A DNA stretch of 64,000 nucleotides from an uncultured Planctomycetaceae bacterium (GTDB lineage Bacteria > Planctomycetota > Planctomycetia > Isosphaerales > Isosphaeraceae): positions 3,552,001 through 3,616,000 of the forward strand of contig CAWIAD010000002.1 of the NCBI GenBank assembly GCA_963833985.1. The letters run 5' to 3'. Under the pieces are notes generated by a model. The model was not told the origin of the DNA, made no database searches, and saw only the letters and a program-made list of their open reading frames with translations. The position numbers and the translations under genes are program-made. Shown here one piece after another: positions 32,331 to 41,088 of the stretch (positions are counted from its first letter, which is position 1; every line of letters starts with the position of its first letter).

Positions 32331-32855
32331 CTATCCTTCTGCACTGGAAAGCACGGATTGTCGAGTCGAGTCAACCACGCCGTGGAGTGGGTGTTCGAGT
32401 CACGCCTGGAGTTCCATCTGCAAGCCGCTCTAGTCAAGACTGCGATTGCGCTCGAATCTCTTTTGATTTTCAGTGAGTCTGAGTCACTCGAACAAACCCT
32501 CGCAGAGAGATCTGCATTTCTCCTCTCTGGGAATCCCGAGACCCGCCAAGCGATTAGCCAACTTGTAAAGAAGTTCTACGACGCGAGGAGCGGTGTTGTA
32601 CATGGGAGCAGCAAGAAACTGAAGAACCTATCCCCTGCGATTGTCGAGTGCGTCGATAAGCTAATCACTATGAGTATCTTAATTTTGGCTTCCAACCCAG
32701 AGAAATGGCAGTCCGTCGATTCACTGAGAGAGTGGTTCAATGCGCAAAGATGGGGTGTCCCTTACGGCGAAGAAGTTATTATCCCTTTTCCCAAGAGTCA
32801 TCTATCGAACGCCCTTGGTCATCTTTCCGGTTCATGATTTGTCGAGAGCAGACTA

Positions 32856-33680
32856 TCACGGATGGATCAGCCGAAGCGTCTGCGAGTCACCAAGACCCTC
32901 ACCACCAGCCCGCTCAGCCAAACCGAGCACATCATCATTGATCGTGAAGAACCGACCTGACAGAGCATCCGCACGACCTGAAGCCAGCAGAGCCACGAGG
33001 GCGGCAGCGTGGTCGGGCGGCACATCTTCTCCTCTTTTGAAAACCTCACCGAACCAGGGCATCCACCGCTGTCCTTCTTCTGATTTCAGGGCGTGCTCAG
33101 CCATCGCCGTGCGGACGGTGCCCGGTTCAATGGCAAAGACCTTCACGCCCTGCTGAGCCGCCTCCAAGGCGAGAATCTCGGTGAACCGGATCAGCGCCGC
33201 CTTGCTTGTCACGTAAGCGCCCAGGTAGGGGATGGCGAACGTCCCCGCCCCGCTGGCGACGTTGACGATTCGCCCGCCTCCACGTGCGATCATCCCCGGC
33301 AGGACTGCCCGCGAGCAGAGCATCGGTCCTCGCAGATTGACTTCCAGACATCGCCACCAGTCATCGGTGTCGGTCTCCCAGGTGAGTCCGATTGGACCAG
33401 CCAACCCGGCATTGTTGACGAGCAGATCCACTGATCCCAGGGACTTTTCGACCTCAAGTACCATCCGCTCAACCGCTCCTGGATCGGAGACATCGGCGAT
33501 GACTGAGATCGCACGTGAACCCAGTTCCGCGATTTCCTTCACCGTCTCTGCCAGTTGGTCCTCAGAGCGGGCAACGACCGCGACGGAGCAACCCGCCTTC
33601 GCCAAGCCCAAGGCGATAGCCCTGCCGATGCCTCTCCCGCCACCGGTGACGATGGCGACTTGTCCATCGAGGTCTTCCAT
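32856..33680 (-). CDS. SDR family NAD(P)-dependent oxidoreductase
   Basis: TGGGRGIG, NNAG, YVTSK (YxxxK) and PGTVRT. Confidence 0.93.
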   Translation of the reverse strand: MEDLDGQVAIVTGGGRGIGRAIALGLAKAGCSVAVVARSEDQLAETVKEIAELGSRAISVIADVSDPGAVERMVLEVEKSLGSVDLLVNNAGLAGPIGLTWETDTDDWWRCLEVNLRGPMLCSRAVLPGMIARGGGRIVNVASGAGTFAIPYLGAYVTSKAALIRFTEILALEAAQQGVKVFAIEPGTVRTAMAEHALKSEEGQRWMPWFGEVFKRGEDVPPDHAAALVALLASGRADALSGRFFTINDDVLGLAERAGGEGLGDSQTLRLIHP

Positions 33681-33694
33681 CGCAGAATGTCCAC

Positions 33695-34180
33695 CTACTC
33701 CTTGTCCTTGGCGATCGTGACGAGTTTGGCTTCTGTCACGCGGATATAGTCATCTGGGGCAAGCAGGACTTGAAGCCCCCGCAGCCCCGCCGAGATGGAG
33801 ATCACATCGAATAGCTGGGCAGTCTCGTCGAGGTAGACCGGGTAGTTCTTCTTACACGCTAATGCCGTCACTCCACCCCGAATGTAACCGGTCAGCGGCT
33901 CGACCTCCTTCAGCGGCACCGTGTCGATCTTCTTGTCCCCGGTAGCTCTTGCCAAAGTCTTGAGGTCAAGCTCGCAGTTACCCGGTACGACCGCGAGGCA
34001 GACACCATGCTTGTCGCCCCTGGCAACGAGAGTCTTGAACACCTGCTCGGGTGGCATGCCCACCTTGCGGGCGACCGTCTCGGCTGACAAGTCCTCGGGA
34101 TCGACCTCGTAAGCTCGCAACTCGAACAAAACTCCCAGTCGCTCCAGCAGGCGAACCGCGTTGGTCTTGGATGTCGCCAC
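33695..34180 (-). CDS. ybaK: Cys-tRNA(Pro) deacylase
   Basis: KTNAVRLL, VFKTLV, TGYIRGGVT and ISAGLRGLQ; GTG start at 34180. Confidence 0.9.
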   Translation of the reverse strand: MATSKTNAVRLLERLGVLFELRAYEVDPEDLSAETVARKVGMPPEQVFKTLVARGDKHGVCLAVVPGNCELDLKTLARATGDKKIDTVPLKEVEPLTGYIRGGVTALACKKNYPVYLDETAQLFDVISISAGLRGLQVLLAPDDYIRVTEAKLVTIAKDKE

Positions 34181-34265
34181 CTTGATACCCTGGCGTTGCT
34201 TCTGGTCTTCAATACTCGCATCAGCCAAGCTGTGCGATGAAGCCGTCAGCCCTGGGTGAGATAGC

Positions 34266-35513
34266 CTACTTATCTGCTTCTCTCGTTGTTTCACCCCGAA
34301 GAGCAGAAGATGCCTGCTCCACACGAGATAGGATAAATGCGTTGATGGAATAATTCACGACCCTCTCAAACCAGCCAATAGGCGGAAAAGGCGGTTGCTC
34401 GTTGATGAGGGCATCAAATGCGTCCGAGGGCACCCTCGGGGATGGTCCAACGGCTGCGCTTGCAGGGTAGGAATGCCCGCCATGCGTGGCTCCGCTTCTG
34501 GTTTGGTATATCTCGCCGATCGCACCCTCGATCGCTGCACCCTTCGGGCACATTTCTCGCGGAACGATAAACAGGTCGTCCTCGCAACTGATTGCTTTGA
34601 GGTCGAGATTGTCGAGCAAGAACTTCCTGACCTTGCGATTGGACCAGGGATTGTCCCGACACGCCTCCAACGCGAGCCTCTCTGCTACTTCCTTACCCAG
34701 TTTTTCGGTCTTCGTCGCGTAGGAGATCAACGCCCCTTTTGACGCGAGCTTCCGATCCTCGTCGGGCTCCCACCCTTCGAGAACTGCACCAGCCAACGTT
34801 TCCACGGCAGATATCAGTAGTTGGTAGGGGATGTCTGGCTCGGATTCCATTCGCTCCATCGCCGAGGCATAGAGCCTCGCTGCCCTGACAAGGGCAGACG
34901 CTTCCTTCAGCTTCGGCAACAACGACAGCACGCGCATCACATGTGACGAGTCGAAAGCAACATTCGGCGGATGGTAACTCTTATACTGGACTCCATCGCG
35001 TCCGTAGCAAACATCTATGGGGCGCGGATTCCAATAAGCCATTCTCAAGCGAAGCAAGGCTGGGACCGGGAAATCTGCAAGGACGGGAGGAACAACGGCG
35101 GTGTCGTACTGCTCACGGACCTTGGTCGCAACGGTAACAAGGCGACGGCAAAGAAGTGTGAGTAGTGCAGCCAGATCTGACGCAATCTCTTCGTCAGGAT
35201 AATACAGGTGTGTGCTGATGCCGCCTGTTTCCTTGACAAGACGAGCTACAAACCGGAGCACAAGTTCCTGTGGATACTCATCGTAGGGTCGGCTAGCTAC
35301 GAGAAGCTCGATCGGTAAGCTGAGTAGGATGCGAGCCGCATCGCTCTTGCTCCAGTCACCCACGAGGTGTGTCGGGAAGAGCATGCCACTACAGAGGAGC
35401 CGGTATTCGACTCTCACGGAGTCCTTTTCAAGTCGATTGTCGAAGTGGACGACCGACTCCTCATCGACGTGGATCTTCTTTTCGGCATCTTCCAAGTAAT
35501 CGAGAATATGCAT
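34266..35513 (-). CDS. HEPN-domain (ApeA-like) protein, putative defence RNase
   Basis: A.RLY..A, LLISAVETL and EIYQTRSGATHGG (RxxxxH). Confidence 0.7.
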   Translation of the reverse strand: MHILDYLEDAEKKIHVDEESVVHFDNRLEKDSVRVEYRLLCSGMLFPTHLVGDWSKSDAARILLSLPIELLVASRPYDEYPQELVLRFVARLVKETGGISTHLYYPDEEIASDLAALLTLLCRRLVTVATKVREQYDTAVVPPVLADFPVPALLRLRMAYWNPRPIDVCYGRDGVQYKSYHPPNVAFDSSHVMRVLSLLPKLKEASALVRAARLYASAMERMESEPDIPYQLLISAVETLAGAVLEGWEPDEDRKLASKGALISYATKTEKLGKEVAERLALEACRDNPWSNRKVRKFLLDNLDLKAISCEDDLFIVPREMCPKGAAIEGAIGEIYQTRSGATHGGHSYPASAAVGPSPRVPSDAFDALINEQPPFPPIGWFERVVNYSINAFILSRVEQASSALRGETTREADK

Positions 35514-35665
35514 TGCGAGTCACTCGAAAGAACGTGGTCGCCGCGCCGCTGCTTACCTCACTAGCCCATCCTACTCGGGAGTACTTTCTAAACGCTACTT
35601 CACTGCCGCTTCCGCTGTTTCCGAGTCACTATCTCAACTGCTTACGTCTCAACTTAGTCCGGGAT

Positions 35666-36445
35666 TCAAGCCAACCTGGCGATCTGCCAGGCGTGTAACT
35701 CGTTGTCACCGACTGTCCGAGCCGAGAACCAGACGCTATCCGATCGGTCAAACACCGATCTGTCGTGGAGCCCGTGATTGACCTCAATCGTCGTCCACTT
35801 CCTCGGCGGCAATATGACCTCTTCTGGATGGAAGGCATAGGCGTCAGCAAGCAGCAGGTGCTCACCCTGGCGGAACTCGATCCGCAGGTGATGAAGCTCC
35901 TCATCATGGCTCAGACGATTTCTGAGTCGGATCTTGCACGAGTAGAGGATGTCGCCTTCGCGCGAACGGGTGACGAAGACAAGAACGTCACCGGGTCGGT
36001 TGCCCTCTCGCCGCGACATCTCCCAACCGTCCACGGCGAACTCGACATCGTGCGATCCCAGGGAATCGCCTCCCTGCTCGGAGGCTCCAGAGCCCCGGCT
36101 GCTGAGCAGGCGTGATGACTGGTCCTCGGCTTTCTTCTTAAAACCTCTCAGCAGCGTGACCGGATATCGGCTCTGGTCGCTGTCCACAAGCTTCGCGCAG
36201 CTTTGACAGAGCCAGATCCCGTTCCGAATCGATCGACGGTCCTTCGGCGACATGCTCGGGTCGTAGCGTGGTCCCCCAGCCGAGGCAGCCGTGATGTGTG
36301 CCGCCACGCCGATGTTCACCGCCCTCGCGTCCTCAGTGTGGGGACCGCTGGTGACTTGCCCGCAATCAGGGTTCGAGCATCGGTTGCCCACCCTCTTTGC
36401 TAAGGTCTCGATCGTTTGTCTTGGGAAATCGTCACGCATCGCCAA
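35666..36445 (-). CDS. HNH-type endonuclease domain fused to an unknown C-terminal domain
   Basis: LAKRVGNRCSNPDC, AAHITAAS.GGPRYD and NGIWLCQSCAKLVD. Confidence 0.8.
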   Translation of the reverse strand: MAMRDDFPRQTIETLAKRVGNRCSNPDCGQVTSGPHTEDARAVNIGVAAHITAASAGGPRYDPSMSPKDRRSIRNGIWLCQSCAKLVDSDQSRYPVTLLRGFKKKAEDQSSRLLSSRGSGASEQGGDSLGSHDVEFAVDGWEMSRREGNRPGDVLVFVTRSREGDILYSCKIRLRNRLSHDEELHHLRIEFRQGEHLLLADAYAFHPEEVILPPRKWTTIEVNHGLHDRSVFDRSDSVWFSARTVGDNELHAWQIARLA

Positions 36446-36514
36446 GAGATCACCATCAGATCAGTTGCCCCATTTCAGAAGTTGGGTGGCTCAATACGCC
36501 AGCCCTGTCCGGGA

Positions 36515-38131
36515 TCACGCCTCGTAACCCGCCCCGTGGCTTCGCGGCGTCTCCTCGCCACCTCGCGAGCCGACCGTTTTCTCCACTTCGTCTATCGGGA
36601 CACCAAGAGACAGAAGCAGATTCGCGGTCTGTGGTCGCATGAACGGAAGACTAGTGATGGCAGACTGATTACCCTTGATCATATTACTGAGGTATGTGTC
36701 CCAGTCCCCGACTGCCAACATCGGAAGTGCGTTTTTCTCCGTATGCAGCCTCAATGGCGATAACCTCAAGCCATTGCAGAGCATTACCAGTTGCTCCAGG
36801 GTTCTGACCGTCATGGCAACGGGTCTCGACGAGAGATTCGGACTTGGGAAGATCGGCGGCGAGAGTTTAGGGTTGGCAAGAGTCATTATGAACGTCTCGA
36901 AGTACCAGTCGGCATTCACCAGGGGTATATCACCCAGTGTTACTACGATGCCAAATACCGGCTTGGATTTGTCGATTCCGAGTGCGTCAAGTCTGCCCAT
37001 ATGCAGATCGTGAGCGGTTGCATAGATCTGGGTGACCCCATCGGCGACTCGACGGGTAGATGTGTCGTCTTTGATGGAGTTTTCGGTGAGCACGGTCTTC
37101 GTGAAGCCGACTGCCTTGACCTCAAGCAGTACGATTTCGTCTGCCAATTCCAGAAGGAAATCGCAACTCTTACCTGAAACGAGAGGTTTCAAATCCTGTT
37201 CACCAAAAAGTGCAACGCGGTTGTCGTAGCATGTCAAGAGCCGCTCAGCGTAAGTCTGGACAGTATCGCCTATATCTTGGCTGAAACCGTCGAATTCTCG
37301 CATCAGCCTGTAAAGTCCCTCTATGACATGGCGGAACATGAGGTCGCGGACCAACAGGACGAAGCTCTCAGAGCCGTCAGCGCCCGGTCCCATCTTGATC
37401 AAAGGCGTATCGAGCAAAGCGGAGCGGATCGATGAATGCAAGTACCGAGGAAGTTTGACTCTCTCCTCTCGAAATCGCCGTCCAATCTCCTGCGGCGTTC
37501 GGCTTGACAAGTCCAGAAAAGATCGGACTGCCTCGTCAGTTATCGCGCCCGAGAGTCCTCGTTCGTGGAGGTAATCACGAATCGCCTCGCCTGGGAAAAG
37601 TCCAATCGGGCTGTTCTCTGCCGCTGTGGCGGCAAGAAAGCAGAGACCGACCCATTGAGATGGTGACAGCCTGTGCTTTTCCGCGAGCGCTTTGCTTGAG
37701 CGAGGAAGAGATCCCGGAGGCGCGAACAGCATCATTGCACGACCGAAATCGTCCCTCGCAGGTGAGTACTGAAGTTCTATCTGTTCCCGGTACGAAAGCA
37801 ACACGAAGTGGGCGAGGTTCGTGCTCAGGACATCATGCTGCATCGGGTCCGAATGCTCATGGTAGACGTTCATCGCCTTGAAGATGCGGTTCAACGTTAC
37901 GGGGTCGCTATTTCCCCGAGCATAGGCACAGCATGCCTCGACGGAGTGAACGACGCGGAAGGGCGGCGTCTGTCGCCACTTGGTTTCGTTCTCGCGGCAC
38001 TCCCTCATCCTACCTGCCATCGCAAGGATGAATTCGTGGGGATCATGCCGCTTGAGGACTCCTTCAAGCGACTCGTAGAAACGAACCATCCTTCTGTCGT
38101 TCTCCCACCTTCGTCTCTCTTCTGTATCCAT
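36515..38131 (-). CDS. Hypothetical protein with C-terminal PD-(D/E)xK (NERD-like) nuclease domain
   Basis: KSCDFLL....IVLLEVK, GVTQI and FGIVVT, after a helical N-terminal region. Confidence 0.65.
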   Translation of the reverse strand: MDTEERRRWENDRRMVRFYESLEGVLKRHDPHEFILAMAGRMRECRENETKWRQTPPFRVVHSVEACCAYARGNSDPVTLNRIFKAMNVYHEHSDPMQHDVLSTNLAHFVLLSYREQIELQYSPARDDFGRAMMLFAPPGSLPRSSKALAEKHRLSPSQWVGLCFLAATAAENSPIGLFPGEAIRDYLHERGLSGAITDEAVRSFLDLSSRTPQEIGRRFREERVKLPRYLHSSIRSALLDTPLIKMGPGADGSESFVLLVRDLMFRHVIEGLYRLMREFDGFSQDIGDTVQTYAERLLTCYDNRVALFGEQDLKPLVSGKSCDFLLELADEIVLLEVKAVGFTKTVLTENSIKDDTSTRRVADGVTQIYATAHDLHMGRLDALGIDKSKPVFGIVVTLGDIPLVNADWYFETFIMTLANPKLSPPIFPSPNLSSRPVAMTVRTLEQLVMLCNGLRLSPLRLHTEKNALPMLAVGDWDTYLSNMIKGNQSAITSLPFMRPQTANLLLSLGVPIDEVEKTVGSRGGEETPRSHGAGYEA

Positions 38132-38152
38132 CGAACTTATCCGGTAGGACGG

Positions 38153-38842
38153 TCAAGCCTCTGGCTCCAGGTCATCGTGGAGAAAGGGTGCGAGCCTGAT
38201 GTTCGCCGCGTTCGTGTACACTACGGGCTTGCCGTCAGCATCGAGAATGGGCTTGCTCCCTGGGGCGGTCTCGCTGTGGAAAATATGCCCGCCAAAATCG
38301 ACGAACCACTCCTCTCCCTTGTGTGAGACCTTGCCCATCATTCCCAGGATTCTGGCGAGTTGGTCGCTATATGGCGTGCAGAAATAGTGCGCCTCATAGG
38401 CATCGATTAGGTCACCGAGCGTTGTGAATTCGCGGATCGGTATAGGCGGGTCTGGATGCTCGAACAGTTTCGTGGGCATGGTTTCTGAACTCTCGATGGA
38501 AGCCTCTCGCACCTTGCGAACGATGGTTTCCCCAAGATTCACTGTTGTTCCAGGAAGAGCGAGCAGCAGGGGAATCTCACCTGGGTCAATCTCGCTGCCT
38601 TTCTTTCCGGGAGGCACATCGTAGAGCTTCGTCATGAAGACCCGGCAGTCGCCATTGTCCTCGATAGTCACAATCACCTGCCGCTGTCCACCAAACCCAT
38701 AGTTGAGGTATGCGATGACCGAGGAGTAGGGCATTCCCGGATTGCGTTGGTAGACTACACCGACATGAGCCCCCTCAAACGCCAGCTTGATCTCCTCAGA
38801 CCTCGCATCTCTGACCGCCATTTCCTCGTAAGACCTGTCCAT
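38153..38842 (-). CDS. Hypothetical protein
   Basis: 229-aa ORF with GGAG RBS, tightly packed in the co-oriented run. Confidence 0.65.
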   Translation of the reverse strand: MDRSYEEMAVRDARSEEIKLAFEGAHVGVVYQRNPGMPYSSVIAYLNYGFGGQRQVIVTIEDNGDCRVFMTKLYDVPPGKKGSEIDPGEIPLLLALPGTTVNLGETIVRKVREASIESSETMPTKLFEHPDPPIPIREFTTLGDLIDAYEAHYFCTPYSDQLARILGMMGKVSHKGEEWFVDFGGHIFHSETAPGSKPILDADGKPVVYTNAANIRLAPFLHDDLEPEA

Positions 38843-38928
38843 GCATTAGCTCCAAAAAGACTGACCTCGCACTCTCACAGGTCGCCTTCCGATCATCGTG
38901 GCTCTGGCTGGCGGGGTCGAGCCTGTTC

Positions 38929-39795
38929 TCATTCTGGTTCGGTTTGCACGGAGACAGTTCCCAACCCACCACCGATACCGATTCCTCCCACAGAAACGTA
39001 GATGTCACGAGGCTTTCTATCTGTCAAGTGCTTAGCAATGTCCCAGTAAAACCACAGGCATCTACATGCGAGAAACACCACTACATAAAGGAGAAACATT
39101 GAAGTAAATGAGCCAGACGAACTGCCCTGGTTGGCTTTGAGTATCTGGCTGAGCGGAATAAGCCCAATGGAACTTCCAATGACTATGCTGGTCAGTTTAA
39201 GAGCGCGGACCAATTCCGACTTCAATGCTTCCAGAGTCTTTCTTCCTTGCCCGAAGAACTTCCAATTGGAAGACATCAAACTCTTTACGTCATCACCGAC
39301 AATTGCATCGATGTGCTCTTGGCAGATATCTCGGTCCATGTTTTCCCATGAGCGGCATCTGTTCTTTCGCAGGAGGAAGGTTACATCCCTCTTGTGCTTG
39401 GCGTGCTGTATCACTTCGTCCAAGGCTGTCTCTATCTCATTCTCAATTGTTTGCATCCGATAGAGTGCAACAGCCACCAAGAAGGCGAAAGCACTTGCGA
39501 GGGATTGAGAGATCGTGCTAACCGTGTAGTAGTATGCGTTGATATCAAGCCGCTCACGCAAGTGGAAGACGAGATCCATGATGACGAGAAGGCTCGCGGT
39601 TACGACGAATAGGATCTCCATTCTCCTTGGGCTCATAAACCTCAGTCGAACTCTCTGGTAGGCGTGCTTCGAGCCCTCTCTGGCAATTGAATAGAATCTT
39701 GTCCATCCTGGCTTGATCCAGTGGAGCCACTGTTCCAGCGAAGTTCTTGCTGGAAGCAGCCAGGAGTAAATCCGTTCCAAGATAGACTGGCTCAT
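38929..39795 (-). CDS. Four-TM membrane hypothetical protein
   Basis: Two pairs of hydrophobic helices (YYYTVSTISQSLASAFAFLVAVALY) flank a soluble loop; visibly lower GC. Confidence 0.7.
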   Translation of the reverse strand: MSQSILERIYSWLLPARTSLEQWLHWIKPGWTRFYSIAREGSKHAYQRVRLRFMSPRRMEILFVVTASLLVIMDLVFHLRERLDINAYYYTVSTISQSLASAFAFLVAVALYRMQTIENEIETALDEVIQHAKHKRDVTFLLRKNRCRSWENMDRDICQEHIDAIVGDDVKSLMSSNWKFFGQGRKTLEALKSELVRALKLTSIVIGSSIGLIPLSQILKANQGSSSGSFTSMFLLYVVVFLACRCLWFYWDIAKHLTDRKPRDIYVSVGGIGIGGGLGTVSVQTEPE

Positions 39796-39878
39796 CGTGT
39801 AAGGAATCCTGCTAGTCCGAAGAAGTCATGATTGGCAGCCTATTTGGTCTAACCCGCCTGCGAATGACCGCTCAGTTC

Positions 39879-40064
39879 TTAGGCGACATCGCCGGTTTCC
39901 TCGGAAAGCCCCAATTCTCTGAGCGCGGTCCTGATGCCTTCGATTTTCGCCTCGGTGGTCGCATCGCTAGGCGGAACCACGAGGCGAGACTCTAGCTGAT
40001 GAGCCAAAGCAAGAACGCTTGTTGATCGCACTTCCACATACTCACCTAATAAACCATAAAGCAT
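39879..40064 (-). CDS. Small hypothetical protein
   Basis: 61-aa ORF filling the gap in the co-oriented run; start uncertain. Confidence 0.35.
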   Translation of the reverse strand: MLYGLLGEYVEVRSTSVLALAHQLESRLVVPPSDATTEAKIEGIRTALRELGLSEETGDVA

Positions 40065-40528
40065 CCATTATCGGCGGCAATTTCAAGGGCTATCAGGTGA
40101 TCCTCGTAGTTTTGGACCAGCCACTTCCGATCTTTGTTTGCACGGAAGTACTTCTTCGCCGTCTTTTCGTACTTTCGGAAGTCTCCCAGCAACTTAGCTG
40201 CGGTGATGGGTCCGAACCCACCGTAGATCCCACAGTTGATTAGTTCACTGAAGGGAATTCTCTCGTCCTCTGAGTAACCTTCAGGTTGGATTAGCTCAAT
40301 GATCTCGATCAAGGCTCCACACCACTGACTGTAGCCTGAATTCGTTCCCGCCTGGAACGAGTGACATCTTCCATCGGTCACGTAGAATCCTTCCTTCAAT
40401 GAGTCGAGACGGGGACCATCCCCACAAGAGGAGAATGAGCAGACATTATCTGGTTCACCTTCCTCGTCGTCTTCGGGTGGAGGCTCAGTCAGTCGAGCTT
40501 GGCTCAACGCGGTAATGTAGATGCCCAT
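40046..40528 (-). CDS. Hypothetical protein, phage-like
   Basis: F.AG..SGY.QW, PF.ELIN and GP..AAKL..DF pattern, recalled from phage hypothetical proteins. Confidence 0.6.
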   Translation of the reverse strand: MGIYITALSQARLTEPPPEDDEEGEPDNVCSFSSCGDGPRLDSLKEGFYVTDGRCHSFQAGTNSGYSQWCGALIEIIELIQPEGYSEDERIPFSELINCGIYGGFGPITAAKLLGDFRKYEKTAKKYFRANKDRKWLVQNYEDHLIALEIAADNGCFMVY

Positions 40529-40639
40529 GTCTAGCCCCGATCACCCAACAACGCCTTGAGGGTATCCATCGAATAGTTCAGCATGATTCATGGGTGTTCC
40601 AGAAGTTGCCACACCCGCGAAGCAATTCCTGGTGCGCGA

Positions 40640-41011
40640 CTATCTCTGCAACCTATGCATCACCGACCAGACCTCGTGTAGCGAATGCTCGTACGCTGCT
40701 CCGTTCCGTGCCTGATGCCGTGCCACCTCGGACTTGAAGTTGTCGTAGTCGATCTCCTCGGCTAGTCCTGCAAGAACCTGAGTCCATGCAGTTTTCTGCA
40801 CGAATAGCCGGTAGGCGTAGTCCGTACCGGAAAACTCATAAGTTTCACATTCACTTATAAAGTCGGGGAATCGCTTCTTTAGGGCTTCGAGGTGGTCTCG
40901 GACTCTCGCCCGTATCATTATGCGGCTGGGATCGACCGGTTGACCGTGCTTGCCATCACCTTGTCGGGCACAGACCGCACTGAAGAATCCGTACTTCGTG
41001 AAAACCCACAT
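40640..41011 (-). CDS. Conserved hypothetical protein
   Basis: MWVFTKYGFFSAV, TDYAYR and IDYDNFKS; AGGA RBS. Confidence 0.75.
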   Translation of the reverse strand: MWVFTKYGFFSAVCARQGDGKHGQPVDPSRIMIRARVRDHLEALKKRFPDFISECETYEFSGTDYAYRLFVQKTAWTQVLAGLAEEIDYDNFKSEVARHQARNGAAYEHSLHEVWSVMHRLQR

Positions 41012-41088
41012 GGTTCGTTCCTTTGTCGCTGCCTGTTGACCTCGGTTACGTTTGCGATCAGGAATCCGATCTCATCACCTTCGAGCGG

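Larger units (their letters stand above)
30303..32837 (+). pseudogene. ApeA-like HEPN-domain protein split by IS701
   Basis: Removing the IS joins ...CNFPVLL to SFCTGKHGL... giving 339 aa with IALESLL and KFYDARSGVVHG (RxxxxH). Confidence 0.8.
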
